This document shows positions 48,760 through 57,372 of a stretch of 64,000 nt of DNA, piece by piece. The first letter of the stretch is position 1; every line of letters starts with the position of its first letter. The DNA comes from Geopsychrobacteraceae bacterium (GTDB taxonomy: Bacteria; Desulfobacterota; Desulfuromonadia; Desulfuromonadales; Geopsychrobacteraceae). The notes under the pieces were generated by a model, which saw nothing but the letters and a program-made list of their open reading frames with translations, was not told where the DNA came from and ran no database searches. The position numbers and the translations under genes were made by a program. Location of the stretch: assembly GCA_963662315.1 (NCBI GenBank), contig OY759353.1, forward strand, positions 2,400,001 to 2,464,000, written 5' to 3'.

Positions 48760-50771
48760 CAATGTTGATCCCTGGCAACCAGACCACTGAGCAAGGCATT
48801 AAAGGCACGTTTCATGACTTCAGGAAGTTCAGTATGACAATAGTTTTCTACGGCACTCGGTACAGCGGTACCCGCCAACTCTCCAGCCAGTTGCTCACCC
48901 CAGCGGTCAAAAGCACTAAGATCGCTAATCAGGCCGGCCTGATACTGATCACTCAAAGCCATGGCTGCAGCGATAAAGCCCGCATATCGATCATCTAACA
49001 GGACTCCTTCAAGCTGAGCAGCGATAGCATTAAACTGTTGCCGTGCCGGCCAAAGGTTCTTATTTAAAATTGTCCGGACGGAAAGGCCACGATCTTTTAA
49101 ACGAGTAAAAATATTGCGTTGGGGAGTAATCCCATTTTGCTGAAAAACCGCTTCCTTGACGCCCAGATAAACAGCACTGGCAATTAACTCCCCCATTTTA
49201 CTGTGGCCTCCGGCATTATCGATGGGACCGCCCTCCCCTTCGACCACGATAATGTTATCGGTTCCGGTGCCGGTGGCCTGAAACAGCTCCCCGGAATAGG
49301 AGCTGCGAATGTCGAGGTCCTGCATAGCGGCGCTTTTTGCCTCGGTCGCAGAGATGATGGCTCTGGTCATCGCCCGAGGTGAAAGCTGCATGTTGCTGAG
49401 CAAGATAATGTTGATGGTTCCTGGTTCGTAATAACCACCAACATCCCTCGACATACGCACAGCATTACTCTTGACCCCAGCCGTGACCAGGGCAAACACG
49501 TCCATATCGCGATAACTGGTATGCTTAACCACCAGGTTATCCATATCGGCACCAGTAAACAGCATACTGGCATGATCTTCTTCAAGCCCCAGCGAACCAA
49601 ACAGTTCTTCCCGCCCAGCGGCAAGGCCTTTATGATGCAGAATCCTCCAGGTTGGCGGCGGCGAGTAACTGTTTCCAACGCTTGTTACGTTATGACGTGG
49701 GCCTTCAAGGGTCGAGATAAGATCGAGGGGGCGGTTAAATTCCACCACCAGGCTTTTGTGGATAAAATCGTCTATACGGCTATGAACGACTCTGACCTGT
49801 TGAATATAGGAAAGAGGGACATCAAGGTTACGTTCGGCGATAATTTTGTTGGCTTCAACCCGCTCGTTTGAGTGAGAGAACTCTTCGGCATAGATATCGC
49901 CAGCCAGCCACTGCACAAAATAGCCAACATTGGTCCCAGCCCGGCAAGTCAGAGCACAGGGGTAATGAAAAACCTGATGTTCTTTCACGGCCGCAACATC
50001 ATGCCACCCAGTCGTTTGCAGCAGAGGTTCAAGAGAGCTGTTATCGTCACCACAACCATAAAGAACTTCGGGATTAAACTGTTGCCATTGCTCCAGAGAG
50101 ACCGGGACAATGTTCCCCTCAGCAACAAAATCGGGGGAGATCCCCCCAGCGGCACGAATAATCTCATTCTGAAATGAATCACTGCCAGGCGTCATCAGCT
50201 GCCCACGCCCCATCATGCGCATCACCCGTTTGCGTTTTTCCCGGGGGATTTTTGCAATCTTTTGCTTGATCAGTTCCAACTGTCGACGATTTTCAGCAAC
50301 CAGCTTTTCAGCCTGTGACTCGCATTTGAACAGGGCACCAAGGTTCAGGAGGGTTTGAAAGGATTCTTCAATAGAATTGATATCAATATTTATCAGCGTA
50401 ACATCAGACCCGGCAAAAAAAGCAGGAACATCATGCTGCAGACCGGAATAAAAAATAACCTCTGGCTGAAGGGCCGCAATCCGTTCCAGGTCCGGCGATA
50501 AAAACCCGCCAACCCGTTTTTTCCCGGCAACTTCCCGGGGGTAATCACTATGGTAGGTCACCCCGACCAGGGGTTCATCAACCCCCAGCCTTAATAACAT
50601 TTCAGTCACGGTTGGAACCAGAGACACGACCTTTTGCGGTGGGTGTGCAACTGATACCTTACGGCTGAAAACGTCCGTCCACTGAGTTACGGCATAACTA
50701 GAATCAGTAAAGAGTAGGAACATAAGAACCAACCCACCACTGATACCCCTCTTTACCTGCGTTACAGACAT
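48759..50771 (-). CDS. cbiZ: BtuF-like binding domain fused to CbiZ (copy 2)
   Basis: Signal peptide SYA-V, PQKVVSLVPTVTE, PDLERIAALQPE; TGADMDNL, GTINI, SATEAK, ATGTGTD. Alternative start TTG 50777. Confidence 0.88.
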   Translation of the reverse strand: MSVTQVKRGISGGLVLMFLLFTDSSYAVTQWTDVFSRKVSVAHPPQKVVSLVPTVTEMLLRLGVDEPLVGVTYHSDYPREVAGKKRVGGFLSPDLERIAALQPEVIFYSGLQHDVPAFFAGSDVTLINIDINSIEESFQTLLNLGALFKCESQAEKLVAENRRQLELIKQKIAKIPREKRKRVMRMMGRGQLMTPGSDSFQNEIIRAAGGISPDFVAEGNIVPVSLEQWQQFNPEVLYGCGDDNSSLEPLLQTTGWHDVAAVKEHQVFHYPCALTCRAGTNVGYFVQWLAGDIYAEEFSHSNERVEANKIIAERNLDVPLSYIQQVRVVHSRIDDFIHKSLVVEFNRPLDLISTLEGPRHNVTSVGNSYSPPPTWRILHHKGLAAGREELFGSLGLEEDHASMLFTGADMDNLVVKHTSYRDMDVFALVTAGVKSNAVRMSRDVGGYYEPGTINIILLSNMQLSPRAMTRAIISATEAKSAAMQDLDIRSSYSGELFQATGTGTDNIIVVEGEGGPIDNAGGHSKMGELIASAVYLGVKEAVFQQNGITPQRNIFTRLKDRGLSVRTILNKNLWPARQQFNAIAAQLEGVLLDDRYAGFIAAAMALSDQYQAGLISDLSAFDRWGEQLAGELAGTAVPSAVENYCHTELPEVMKRAFNALLSGLVARDQH

Positions 50772-51022
50772 ATACAATAATCATCCTGATAAAATATTCG
50801 TGTGGAAAACAGGCACCTGAACCAGCAAAATAGGTTCAGGCGCCTGCAGACGGCTTTCAGAGAGAAGGGCAAGTTCCGCTGAAAACCAAAGGCAAACCTC
50901 TCACGTACATTAAATTAATAAAATCCACTTTCTCCAGATCTTACAAACAGGTCTGTCGACCTGATATCGCAGAATAGCTAGCTGCTCCCTTTCAAAACAG
51001 GTCTGCCGTGGACAAACATCAT

Positions 51023-51060
51023 AAAAAAATCCCCAGATCGCACGCACGACCTGGGGATTC
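51023..51060 (-). terminator. Riboswitch-controlled intrinsic terminator
   Basis: Minus strand: gaatccccaggtcg...cgatctggggattttttt; stem nearly identical to 44256-44298. Confidence 0.8.
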
Positions 51061-51122
51061 CCTGATTTTATCCACAAGTAAAGTCACTCTGCCTTTGCCA
51101 CAGGCACAGTTTCGGCAATTTT

Positions 51123-51283
51123 ATTCAGGTAGGTCTTCTGACTTCCGGATCAATCTACTCACCACGCCTTCCCGCTCAAATGAGCAGTGGCTTGTGCTGT
51201 GGCGTTCGTCCCCGGTTACAGCGGCGGGCCCGTCCTCGAATTTCACGAGGTTCCCTGTTATGCTCATAACGAGCACCTGAATT
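51123..51283 (-). ncRNA. Cobalamin (B12) riboswitch 2
   Basis: Minus strand: aggtgc...aacagggaa...ggacgggcccgccgctgtaac...gccactg...gggaaggc...aagtcagaagacctacc. Confidence 0.96.
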
Positions 51284-51347
51284 GCCTATGTCTTTTTGTC
51301 TGTATTTTGCTTGTATTAATCTTCAATAACGATCAAACCTGATGTTA

Positions 51348-51376
51348 CTTCTAAACTCCTTTGCACCTTTTGTCAA
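51348..51376 (-). promoter_or_regulatory. Sigma70-type promoter for the riboswitch 2 leader
   Basis: TTGACA-N17-TAGAAG on the minus strand. Confidence 0.55.
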
Positions 51377-51848
51377 ATGAACATTTTTGAGTAAAAAAAA
51401 CCAATAAAAATTAAAAAGCTACTCCAATATACTGAATTCTCTACAGTTATTTTTCCTTTAACAGATCAGCCTGGAAGCCAGGACACAGATCAACCAGCGG
51501 CCTCTTCATGAATAAAATTCACCTCTCAAGCTGAAATATCTACCGCTTAAACGATAATCGCGAGTATCAGGTCTTGTTTTTTCATTTCAATCAATGGTAT
51601 TTCCTGCACGTCTGTATTTTTTCTCTTCAAAACGATCTGGTTTCTGTTCTGAAACATCTTTTTCCGTAATCAATTATGTCTATCCGTACGCTTAAAGACA
51701 GGCGTAACAGCGATACTCCTGTTTTTTAACCTCCAGACATTACGTAAACATCACGTTTCCGAATCAGAAACTTTTCTGATGCTCTCCCGCCTTCAGGGCA
51801 GGCTTATTCCAGCATTATTCCTCTTATCCATAAATGAAGGTAATTTTC

Positions 51849-53450
51849 ATGACGTTACTGCACAACCCTGTGTTTTTACTTTTTATTGTCATAACAACGG
51901 GCGAACTCGTTGGTTTTCTTAAGTTTAAAAACTTTTCCCTCGGCTCTTCCGCGGTTATTTTCAGCGGCCTGGCTTTTGGCCATTTTGGTTTTACTCTGCC
52001 AGCGGTTTTCCAGACTCTTGGTCTGGTCCTGTTTATTTATTCCGTCGGTCTCCAGGCTGGCCCCGGTTTTCTTTCCTCTTTTAAAAAACAGGGGCTGAAC
52101 CTGTCTTTAGGGGCGGCGGTTATTGTTGTCAGCGGTTTTCTCACCACCTTAATCTGTAGTTGGTTAGGTAATTTTGACGCTGGCATTGCTGCTGGTCTGT
52201 TTTCTGGAGCACTGACCAGTACTCCCGGCCTGGCGGTCGCCGTTGAAGCTATTGCCGACAGCCAGGCCCCAGCGGCTTATGGTCTGACTTACTGTTTTGG
52301 TGTATTGGGAGTCATTGTTTTTGTGCGCCTTTTGCCACGGCTGATGAAAATTGATCTTCTCGCCGAAGAACAGCAGATGAAAAGCGAAATCAGCCAGGAG
52401 CATCCGCCTATGATTTACCGTCATGTGCAGATCTCAAATCCGAATATTTATGGTCGAAGGGTCAAAGATCTGAACCTGAAACAGATGTCTCCTATCGTCT
52501 TGACTCGGCTGTTGCGCGTAGGGGCATCCGAACCTGAAATTGTTTATGGTGACACAATTTTAAATGAAGGGGACAAGTTAAGAATTGTCGGTCAGGAGGA
52601 CGCCATTAAAAAAGCGATATTGGTTCTAGGTGAAGCCGTTGCGGAAGCACTTGAATTTACCCGTGGTCTGACCGGTAGAAAAATCCTCGTCTCAAAACGT
52701 TCTGCCGCTGGGTTTAACGCAAGTTCTTTGAACCTGAAAACATCATTTGACGTGCAGGTATCACGTATTACCCGCAATGGAATTGATCTGACCCCGGAAA
52801 AAAATACCCGACTGCACCTTGGCGATATTCTCCATGTTGTCGGTCAGGAGCAGTCGATTGAAAACGTGACCCGCATGCTTGGCAACGATATCCGGGAAAC
52901 CTACCGAACCGATCTTATTCCTATCATCGTCGGTTTACTGATCGGTTTTTTGGTTGGCCAGATCCCCCTGTTTATTCCGTATATCGGCCAGTTTAAACTA
53001 GGACTCTCTGGTGGTGTTCTTCTGGCGGGATTGATCCTCAGCAGCCTCTATAAAACCGGGCCACTGATCTGGGATATTCCGGCAACGACCAATAGCTTTA
53101 TTCGCGAATTAGGACTGCTTCTGTTTTTGGCCACGGTTGGTACCCGAACCGGAGCAACGATTATGACCACCCTGCAGGAACAAGGGCTGATTCTGTTCTT
53201 ATCGGGTATCTGCGTGACCCTGATCCCCCTGATTGTCACCCTGGTCATTAGCCGTAAGATTTTGAAAATTAGTTTTTTGCACATGCTTGGCGTCATGACC
53301 GGCGGGATGACAAGTACTCCGGGGCTGGCCAGTATCTCCAGCCTGGTTGAAACCCCTTATGCCGCTTCAGCCTATGCCACAGTTTACCCAGTTGCGCTCA
53401 TCGGTATGATTCTATTAACCAAGATTCTGGCCCTGCTGCTTGGGAGCTAA
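51849..53450 (+). CDS. YidE/YbjL (AspT, aspartate:alanine exchanger family) transporter with two TrkA-C domains
   Basis: LGLVLFIYSVGLQAGPGF, duplicated GALTSTPGLA / GGMTSTPGLA, YATVYP. Start is ATG 51849 or 51834. Confidence 0.9.
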   Translation: MTLLHNPVFLLFIVITTGELVGFLKFKNFSLGSSAVIFSGLAFGHFGFTLPAVFQTLGLVLFIYSVGLQAGPGFLSSFKKQGLNLSLGAAVIVVSGFLTTLICSWLGNFDAGIAAGLFSGALTSTPGLAVAVEAIADSQAPAAYGLTYCFGVLGVIVFVRLLPRLMKIDLLAEEQQMKSEISQEHPPMIYRHVQISNPNIYGRRVKDLNLKQMSPIVLTRLLRVGASEPEIVYGDTILNEGDKLRIVGQEDAIKKAILVLGEAVAEALEFTRGLTGRKILVSKRSAAGFNASSLNLKTSFDVQVSRITRNGIDLTPEKNTRLHLGDILHVVGQEQSIENVTRMLGNDIRETYRTDLIPIIVGLLIGFLVGQIPLFIPYIGQFKLGLSGGVLLAGLILSSLYKTGPLIWDIPATTNSFIRELGLLLFLATVGTRTGATIMTTLQEQGLILFLSGICVTLIPLIVTLVISRKILKISFLHMLGVMTGGMTSTPGLASISSLVETPYAASAYATVYPVALIGMILLTKILALLLGS

Positions 53451-53510
53451 CCCAGGCACCTATGGAGGGGCGTGTAGAACTGCCAGAGACAGTTTGGTGA
53501 TACTGAACAT

Positions 53511-53550
53511 AAAAAGAGAGAAGCGCTGCGGCGCTTCTCTCTTTTCTTTT
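53511..53550. terminator. Bidirectional terminator
   Basis: aaaagagagaagcgc / gcgcttctctctttt between convergent genes. Confidence 0.85.
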
Positions 53551-53574
53551 AGTGAAATTTAATGGTGGGTCTTT

Positions 53575-55038
53575 TCAGTTGGCAATCAACCGCCAGAAAA
53601 AAGCAACAATGCCACAGATGACAATACCAAAAACAATCGGCATAAAAGTCGCGACAATTGTCCACCGAGTACTTTTGGTTTCTTTCCAGATCGTGTAAAT
53701 GGTAGTTGAACAGGGATTATGGCACAGACTGAACAGCATCAGGCAGACCGCCGTCAGGGTTGTCCAGCCACCAGAGTGTAACAACATTGCCAGAGCAGAA
53801 TTATTACTGGCGTCAAACATGACTCCGGCACCCTGCTCACCAACTCCGGAAACTCCTGTAACCATGACCGTCAACATCAGAATTGTCGGAATAACGATCT
53901 CGTTGGCAGGAATAGCTACGATATAAGCCACTAAAATGACGCCATTCAAACCAAGGATCCAGCCAATCGGATCAAGCCCCGTAATAAGCCATTCCGCAAT
54001 CGATGATCCACCAAATTTGATATTAGCAATACTCCACAGCACAATCCCTGCCGGCGCAGCAAAAACAATAGCGCGCCACAGAACAATCAGGGTCCGGTCA
54101 ATAATTGACGTATACAGGGTGCGCCAGATTTGCGGCGGACGGTAAGGTGGCAATTCCAGGCTGAAGGTCGATGCCTCCCCTTGCAGCACCGTCCGCGACA
54201 ACATCCATGAAGAAAGAAACGTCAGGGCAACACCAAACAGTGCAATACCGAGCACTGCCCCGGTAGCAACCAAGCTGGCAAAGCCAGAGGGTGCCAGACT
54301 ACCGAGAAAAATTGTAGCCAAGAGAATCTGGGTTGGCCAGCGTCCGTTACAAATGGCAAAGTTGTTGGTAATAATAGCAATAAGGCGTTCACGGGGAGAA
54401 TCGATAACCCGAGTAGCAACGATACCGGCCGCATTACAGCCCCATCCCATGCTCATAGTCAAAGCCTGCTTACCATGAGCGCCGACCCGCTGGAACAGGT
54501 TATCCAGATTAAAAGCAACTCGTGGCAGATAACCGAAATCTTCCAGTAAGGTAAAAAGCGGAAAAAAGATCGCCATTGGCGGTAACATAACACTAATGAC
54601 CCAGGCGGTAGTCAGATACAGACCATCAACCAAAACACCGGAAAGCCACCAGGGAAAATGCAGAATATCAGTAGCCAGATGTTGTAAAAACGGATGTCCG
54701 TAATCAAGCAAAAGAGTAGCCAACCAGCCCGATGGTACGTTCGCCCCCTCAATAGTCAACCACAGGACAATCGCCAGCATCATAATCATGGTTGGAAAGC
54801 CGGTCCAGCGGTTGGTCAGAAACCAGTCGAGGCGACGTTCCCATGACAGCCGATGGGAGGCACCACTTTGATCAAGGTTGCGAGATGCGATACGCGCCGA
54901 GTCGGCATAAACACCTTCTATCCAACGATCACGCACTCCCGGCGGTAATCCCATGCGCAATTTTTCGGCATTTTTTACAATTTCTTCACCTGACTTTTTG
55001 TTTTCTACCATGGTCTTTACCTTGTCAACTTGCTGCAT
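53575..55038 (-). CDS. Split FeoB, membrane (Gate) half
   Basis: LEDFGYLPRVAFNLD, MGWGCNAAG, ICNGRWP, LELPPYRPP, CHNPCSTT. Confidence 0.9.
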   Translation of the reverse strand: MQQVDKVKTMVENKKSGEEIVKNAEKLRMGLPPGVRDRWIEGVYADSARIASRNLDQSGASHRLSWERRLDWFLTNRWTGFPTMIMMLAIVLWLTIEGANVPSGWLATLLLDYGHPFLQHLATDILHFPWWLSGVLVDGLYLTTAWVISVMLPPMAIFFPLFTLLEDFGYLPRVAFNLDNLFQRVGAHGKQALTMSMGWGCNAAGIVATRVIDSPRERLIAIITNNFAICNGRWPTQILLATIFLGSLAPSGFASLVATGAVLGIALFGVALTFLSSWMLSRTVLQGEASTFSLELPPYRPPQIWRTLYTSIIDRTLIVLWRAIVFAAPAGIVLWSIANIKFGGSSIAEWLITGLDPIGWILGLNGVILVAYIVAIPANEIVIPTILMLTVMVTGVSGVGEQGAGVMFDASNNSALAMLLHSGGWTTLTAVCLMLFSLCHNPCSTTIYTIWKETKSTRWTIVATFMPIVFGIVICGIVAFFWRLIAN

Positions 55039-55816
55039 GATCGACCTTCAGGTCTCCAATGGCACCTGAGGCTACGGCTTCGGCAATACGGGGATCCCCC
55101 TCCAACAAACGCATAGCAATCCACTCGCTATGGGGAACATCTGGATATGCAGCTTTCAGCTCAGCGACAATCTGCTCCATGGCTTCGCGTAGCCCGGGAA
55201 CATCATACTTCAATGGCTGCGGCTTGGTTGGCGTTCGACCATTGGCCATATGATCAATTTCCTGCAATAACCGGTCGATTCCCTGTCCACGCCGTGCGGC
55301 GGCAAGTACCACCGGGACTCCCAGATCACGTGCCAGGCCGCGCTCATCGACGGTGATACCGTGAGCCTTGGCTTCATCGATCAGGTTCACACAGATAACA
55401 GCACGGCTAGTCAGCTGCAGAACCTGCAAAGCCAGATTCAGATTACGCTCAAGACGGGTCGCATCCAGCACAACAACAGTCACATCCGGACGGCCAAAGA
55501 GAATAAAATCCCGAGCCACCTCTTCGTCATCCGTTGCGGAAAGCAAAGAATAAGTCCCCGGCAGATCGACGATCTTATATCTTTTGCCCTTCAGGGAAAA
55601 TGCTCCTTCTGCCCGAGCAATGGTTTTACCGGGCCAATTTCCGGTATGTTGATGCAAGCCGGTCAAGGCATTAAAAATCGTACTTTTACCAGTATTGGGA
55701 TTACCGGCCAAAGCAATCGTATAATCTGATTGTCCGAGGCGCATGCCAAGCTTTTCCAGTTTGGAAACGGCACCAACCGGGCAGCTATCACAGGAAGATC
55801 CACAATTATCAGACAT
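55025..55816 (-). CDS. Split FeoB, GTPase half with N-terminal Cys motif
   Basis: GNPNTGKST, HTGNWPGKT, DLPGTYS, NLID; N-terminal CGSSCDSCP. Start is ATG 55816 or 55825. Confidence 0.9.
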   Translation of the reverse strand: MSDNCGSSCDSCPVGAVSKLEKLGMRLGQSDYTIALAGNPNTGKSTIFNALTGLHQHTGNWPGKTIARAEGAFSLKGKRYKIVDLPGTYSLLSATDDEEVARDFILFGRPDVTVVVLDATRLERNLNLALQVLQLTSRAVICVNLIDEAKAHGITVDERGLARDLGVPVVLAAARRGQGIDRLLQEIDHMANGRTPTKPQPLKYDVPGLREAMEQIVAELKAAYPDVPHSEWIAMRLLEGDPRIAEAVASGAIGDLKVDHAAS

Positions 55817-56726
55817 GAGCCCCATCCTTAATTTTACGAATTAATACCCGTTCCGCCTGCTCACGCCGCAAAGCGATGGAAGCGCCACGGACACGGTACG
55901 CAGTAGGACTGCCAGACGGACTGATCAGGTCAATAGTCAGCACCGTACCCGGTACCATACCCAGATCGAGCAACCGGTTACGTTCAAGACCTCGGCACAA
56001 GGGAGATAAGCGGACAACTGCGGCCTGCTCATCAAGCGTTAAACTGGAAAGGCGAACCAGAGTTTCATCATAGCTCTCACCTTCCAGTAAGGGAGCGACA
56101 GTAATATTCTGTGCCGTTTGAGGTGGGAAACAAAACTCACACCCTTCCAAGGCAATGCATAGCTCATGATCATCTTTGGCGACAATCCGCAATACCGTTT
56201 CGGGAGCAATACAAGCGGCTGAAATCAGTGCATACAGATGGGGAGGTTCATCTTCAATGTGGACAACGCGCCCCTCCCATCCAACAGGGTAGTTGGTCAA
56301 CGGTTCTCCCGTTTTAGGCGGCATCTCCCCCGAGGCTGTCGGAATCGGATCACCATGGGGATCATAGAGAGGATAATCGAGCTCTCTGGCCAGTTCTTCG
56401 ACGTCGTCAGCAGACATATTATGCTCTTCAACGTGAGCCTGAACATGCCACTGACTTTCACTCACCCCGGTTTTATGGGCCAGGTAAGTTTCATATAAAC
56501 GGTGAGCCCGAAGAACATGTAATGCGTATTCCCGACCATTGGCTGTTAGCTTCAATGAGCCTGTTTCTATCAGGGCTGCGGCTTCCAGATCGTTGACCAG
56601 GCGTTGAACCTGATCCAGAGGAATGGACAGTTCAGCAACAAGAGCCTCGTGTGTCACGCAAAACCCTTCATATTCACTATCGGCAAGATATTTCAGGGCA
56701 TCCTGTATAAGAATTTCTTCTCGCAT
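55809..56726 (-). CDS. DtxR/MntR-family metal-binding protein with two C-terminal FeoA/SH3 domains
   Basis: LTANG..ALHVLRAHRLYE, AHVEEH, DPHGDPIP; FeoA RLLDLGMVPG..SPSGSPTAYRVRGASIALRREQA. Confidence 0.88.
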   Translation of the reverse strand: MREEILIQDALKYLADSEYEGFCVTHEALVAELSIPLDQVQRLVNDLEAAALIETGSLKLTANGREYALHVLRAHRLYETYLAHKTGVSESQWHVQAHVEEHNMSADDVEELARELDYPLYDPHGDPIPTASGEMPPKTGEPLTNYPVGWEGRVVHIEDEPPHLYALISAACIAPETVLRIVAKDDHELCIALEGCEFCFPPQTAQNITVAPLLEGESYDETLVRLSSLTLDEQAAVVRLSPLCRGLERNRLLDLGMVPGTVLTIDLISPSGSPTAYRVRGASIALRREQAERVLIRKIKDGAHV

Positions 56727-56948
56727 AATTATCTATCCAAAGTCAGTCATTTAATGAGATTGCTGATAACTACTACCTATACCATAGGCATATGGAACCA
56801 CAATAGCCAGCCCATTAATTTAGTTTCTATCCCCCCAAAGAACAAGTCACTACAGCCAGAATGCCCACGGTAAAAAGACCCCGGTGAAACCTGATGAAAG
56901 AAAAGGAAGGGAACCATCCACAGCTTATTGATTATACTAATTTTGACA

Positions 56949-56977
56949 TTGATCTTTCCAATAAGTTCTTTTATTAT
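56949..56977 (+). promoter_or_regulatory. Candidate sigma70 promoter for the riboswitch 3 leader
   Basis: TTGATC-N17-TATTAT (TTGACA immediately upstream), ~60 nt before the riboswitch. Confidence 0.4.
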
Positions 56978-57035
56978 TCGGACGCTTTAGAGAGCCTGAG
57001 CGACATTTCAGGCATTTTCTATTTTATAAATTATG

Positions 57036-57226
57036 CAGTTACAGGTGTCATTAAGACTTGATAGGGAATCCCGTGCAAACCGGGAGCGGACCCGCCGCTG
57101 TAACTTCCGGTTTATCGTTCGCGATAAACCAACCTCTGTGAAAATTACCACATGGTCACTGTCTGTCATTTACAGGTGGGAAGGCCTTCACCGGGGGGAA
57201 GGAGCCAGAAGACCTGCCTATAACTG
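57036..57226 (+). ncRNA. Cobalamin (B12) riboswitch 3
   Basis: aggtg...atagggaatcccgtgcaaaccgggagcggacccgccgctgtaac...gtcactg...tgggaaggc...gagccagaagacctgcc. Confidence 0.96.
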
Positions 57227-57295
57227 AGTAAAACCTCCAGGGTAGGAGGGTTTTACAATCTAAATTTACATCTGGACTGTGAGGGATAAAAACGG

Positions 57296-57330
57296 ATTCC
57301 TTGTACCGGCCATTGGTACAGGGATTTTTT
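57296..57330 (+). terminator. Riboswitch-controlled intrinsic terminator
   Basis: attccttgtacc / ggtacagggat followed by ttttt, ~40 nt before the MATE ATG. Confidence 0.75.
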
Positions 57331-57372
57331 GTATCTACCTGTACTTTAGGATTAAACAGGTTTATACAAATC

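Noticed and set aside
55025..55038. Frameshifted feoB pseudogene
   Set aside because: The downstream half has its own ATG with a GAAGG upstream, the break falls at the domain boundary and both halves keep their motifs; a natural split is more likely, though reads should confirm.
56925..56944. Candidate DtxR/MntR operator ttattgattatactaatttt over a minus-strand TATAAT
   Set aside because: Only one half-site is convincing, the region is AT-rich and the protein's HTH looks degenerate.
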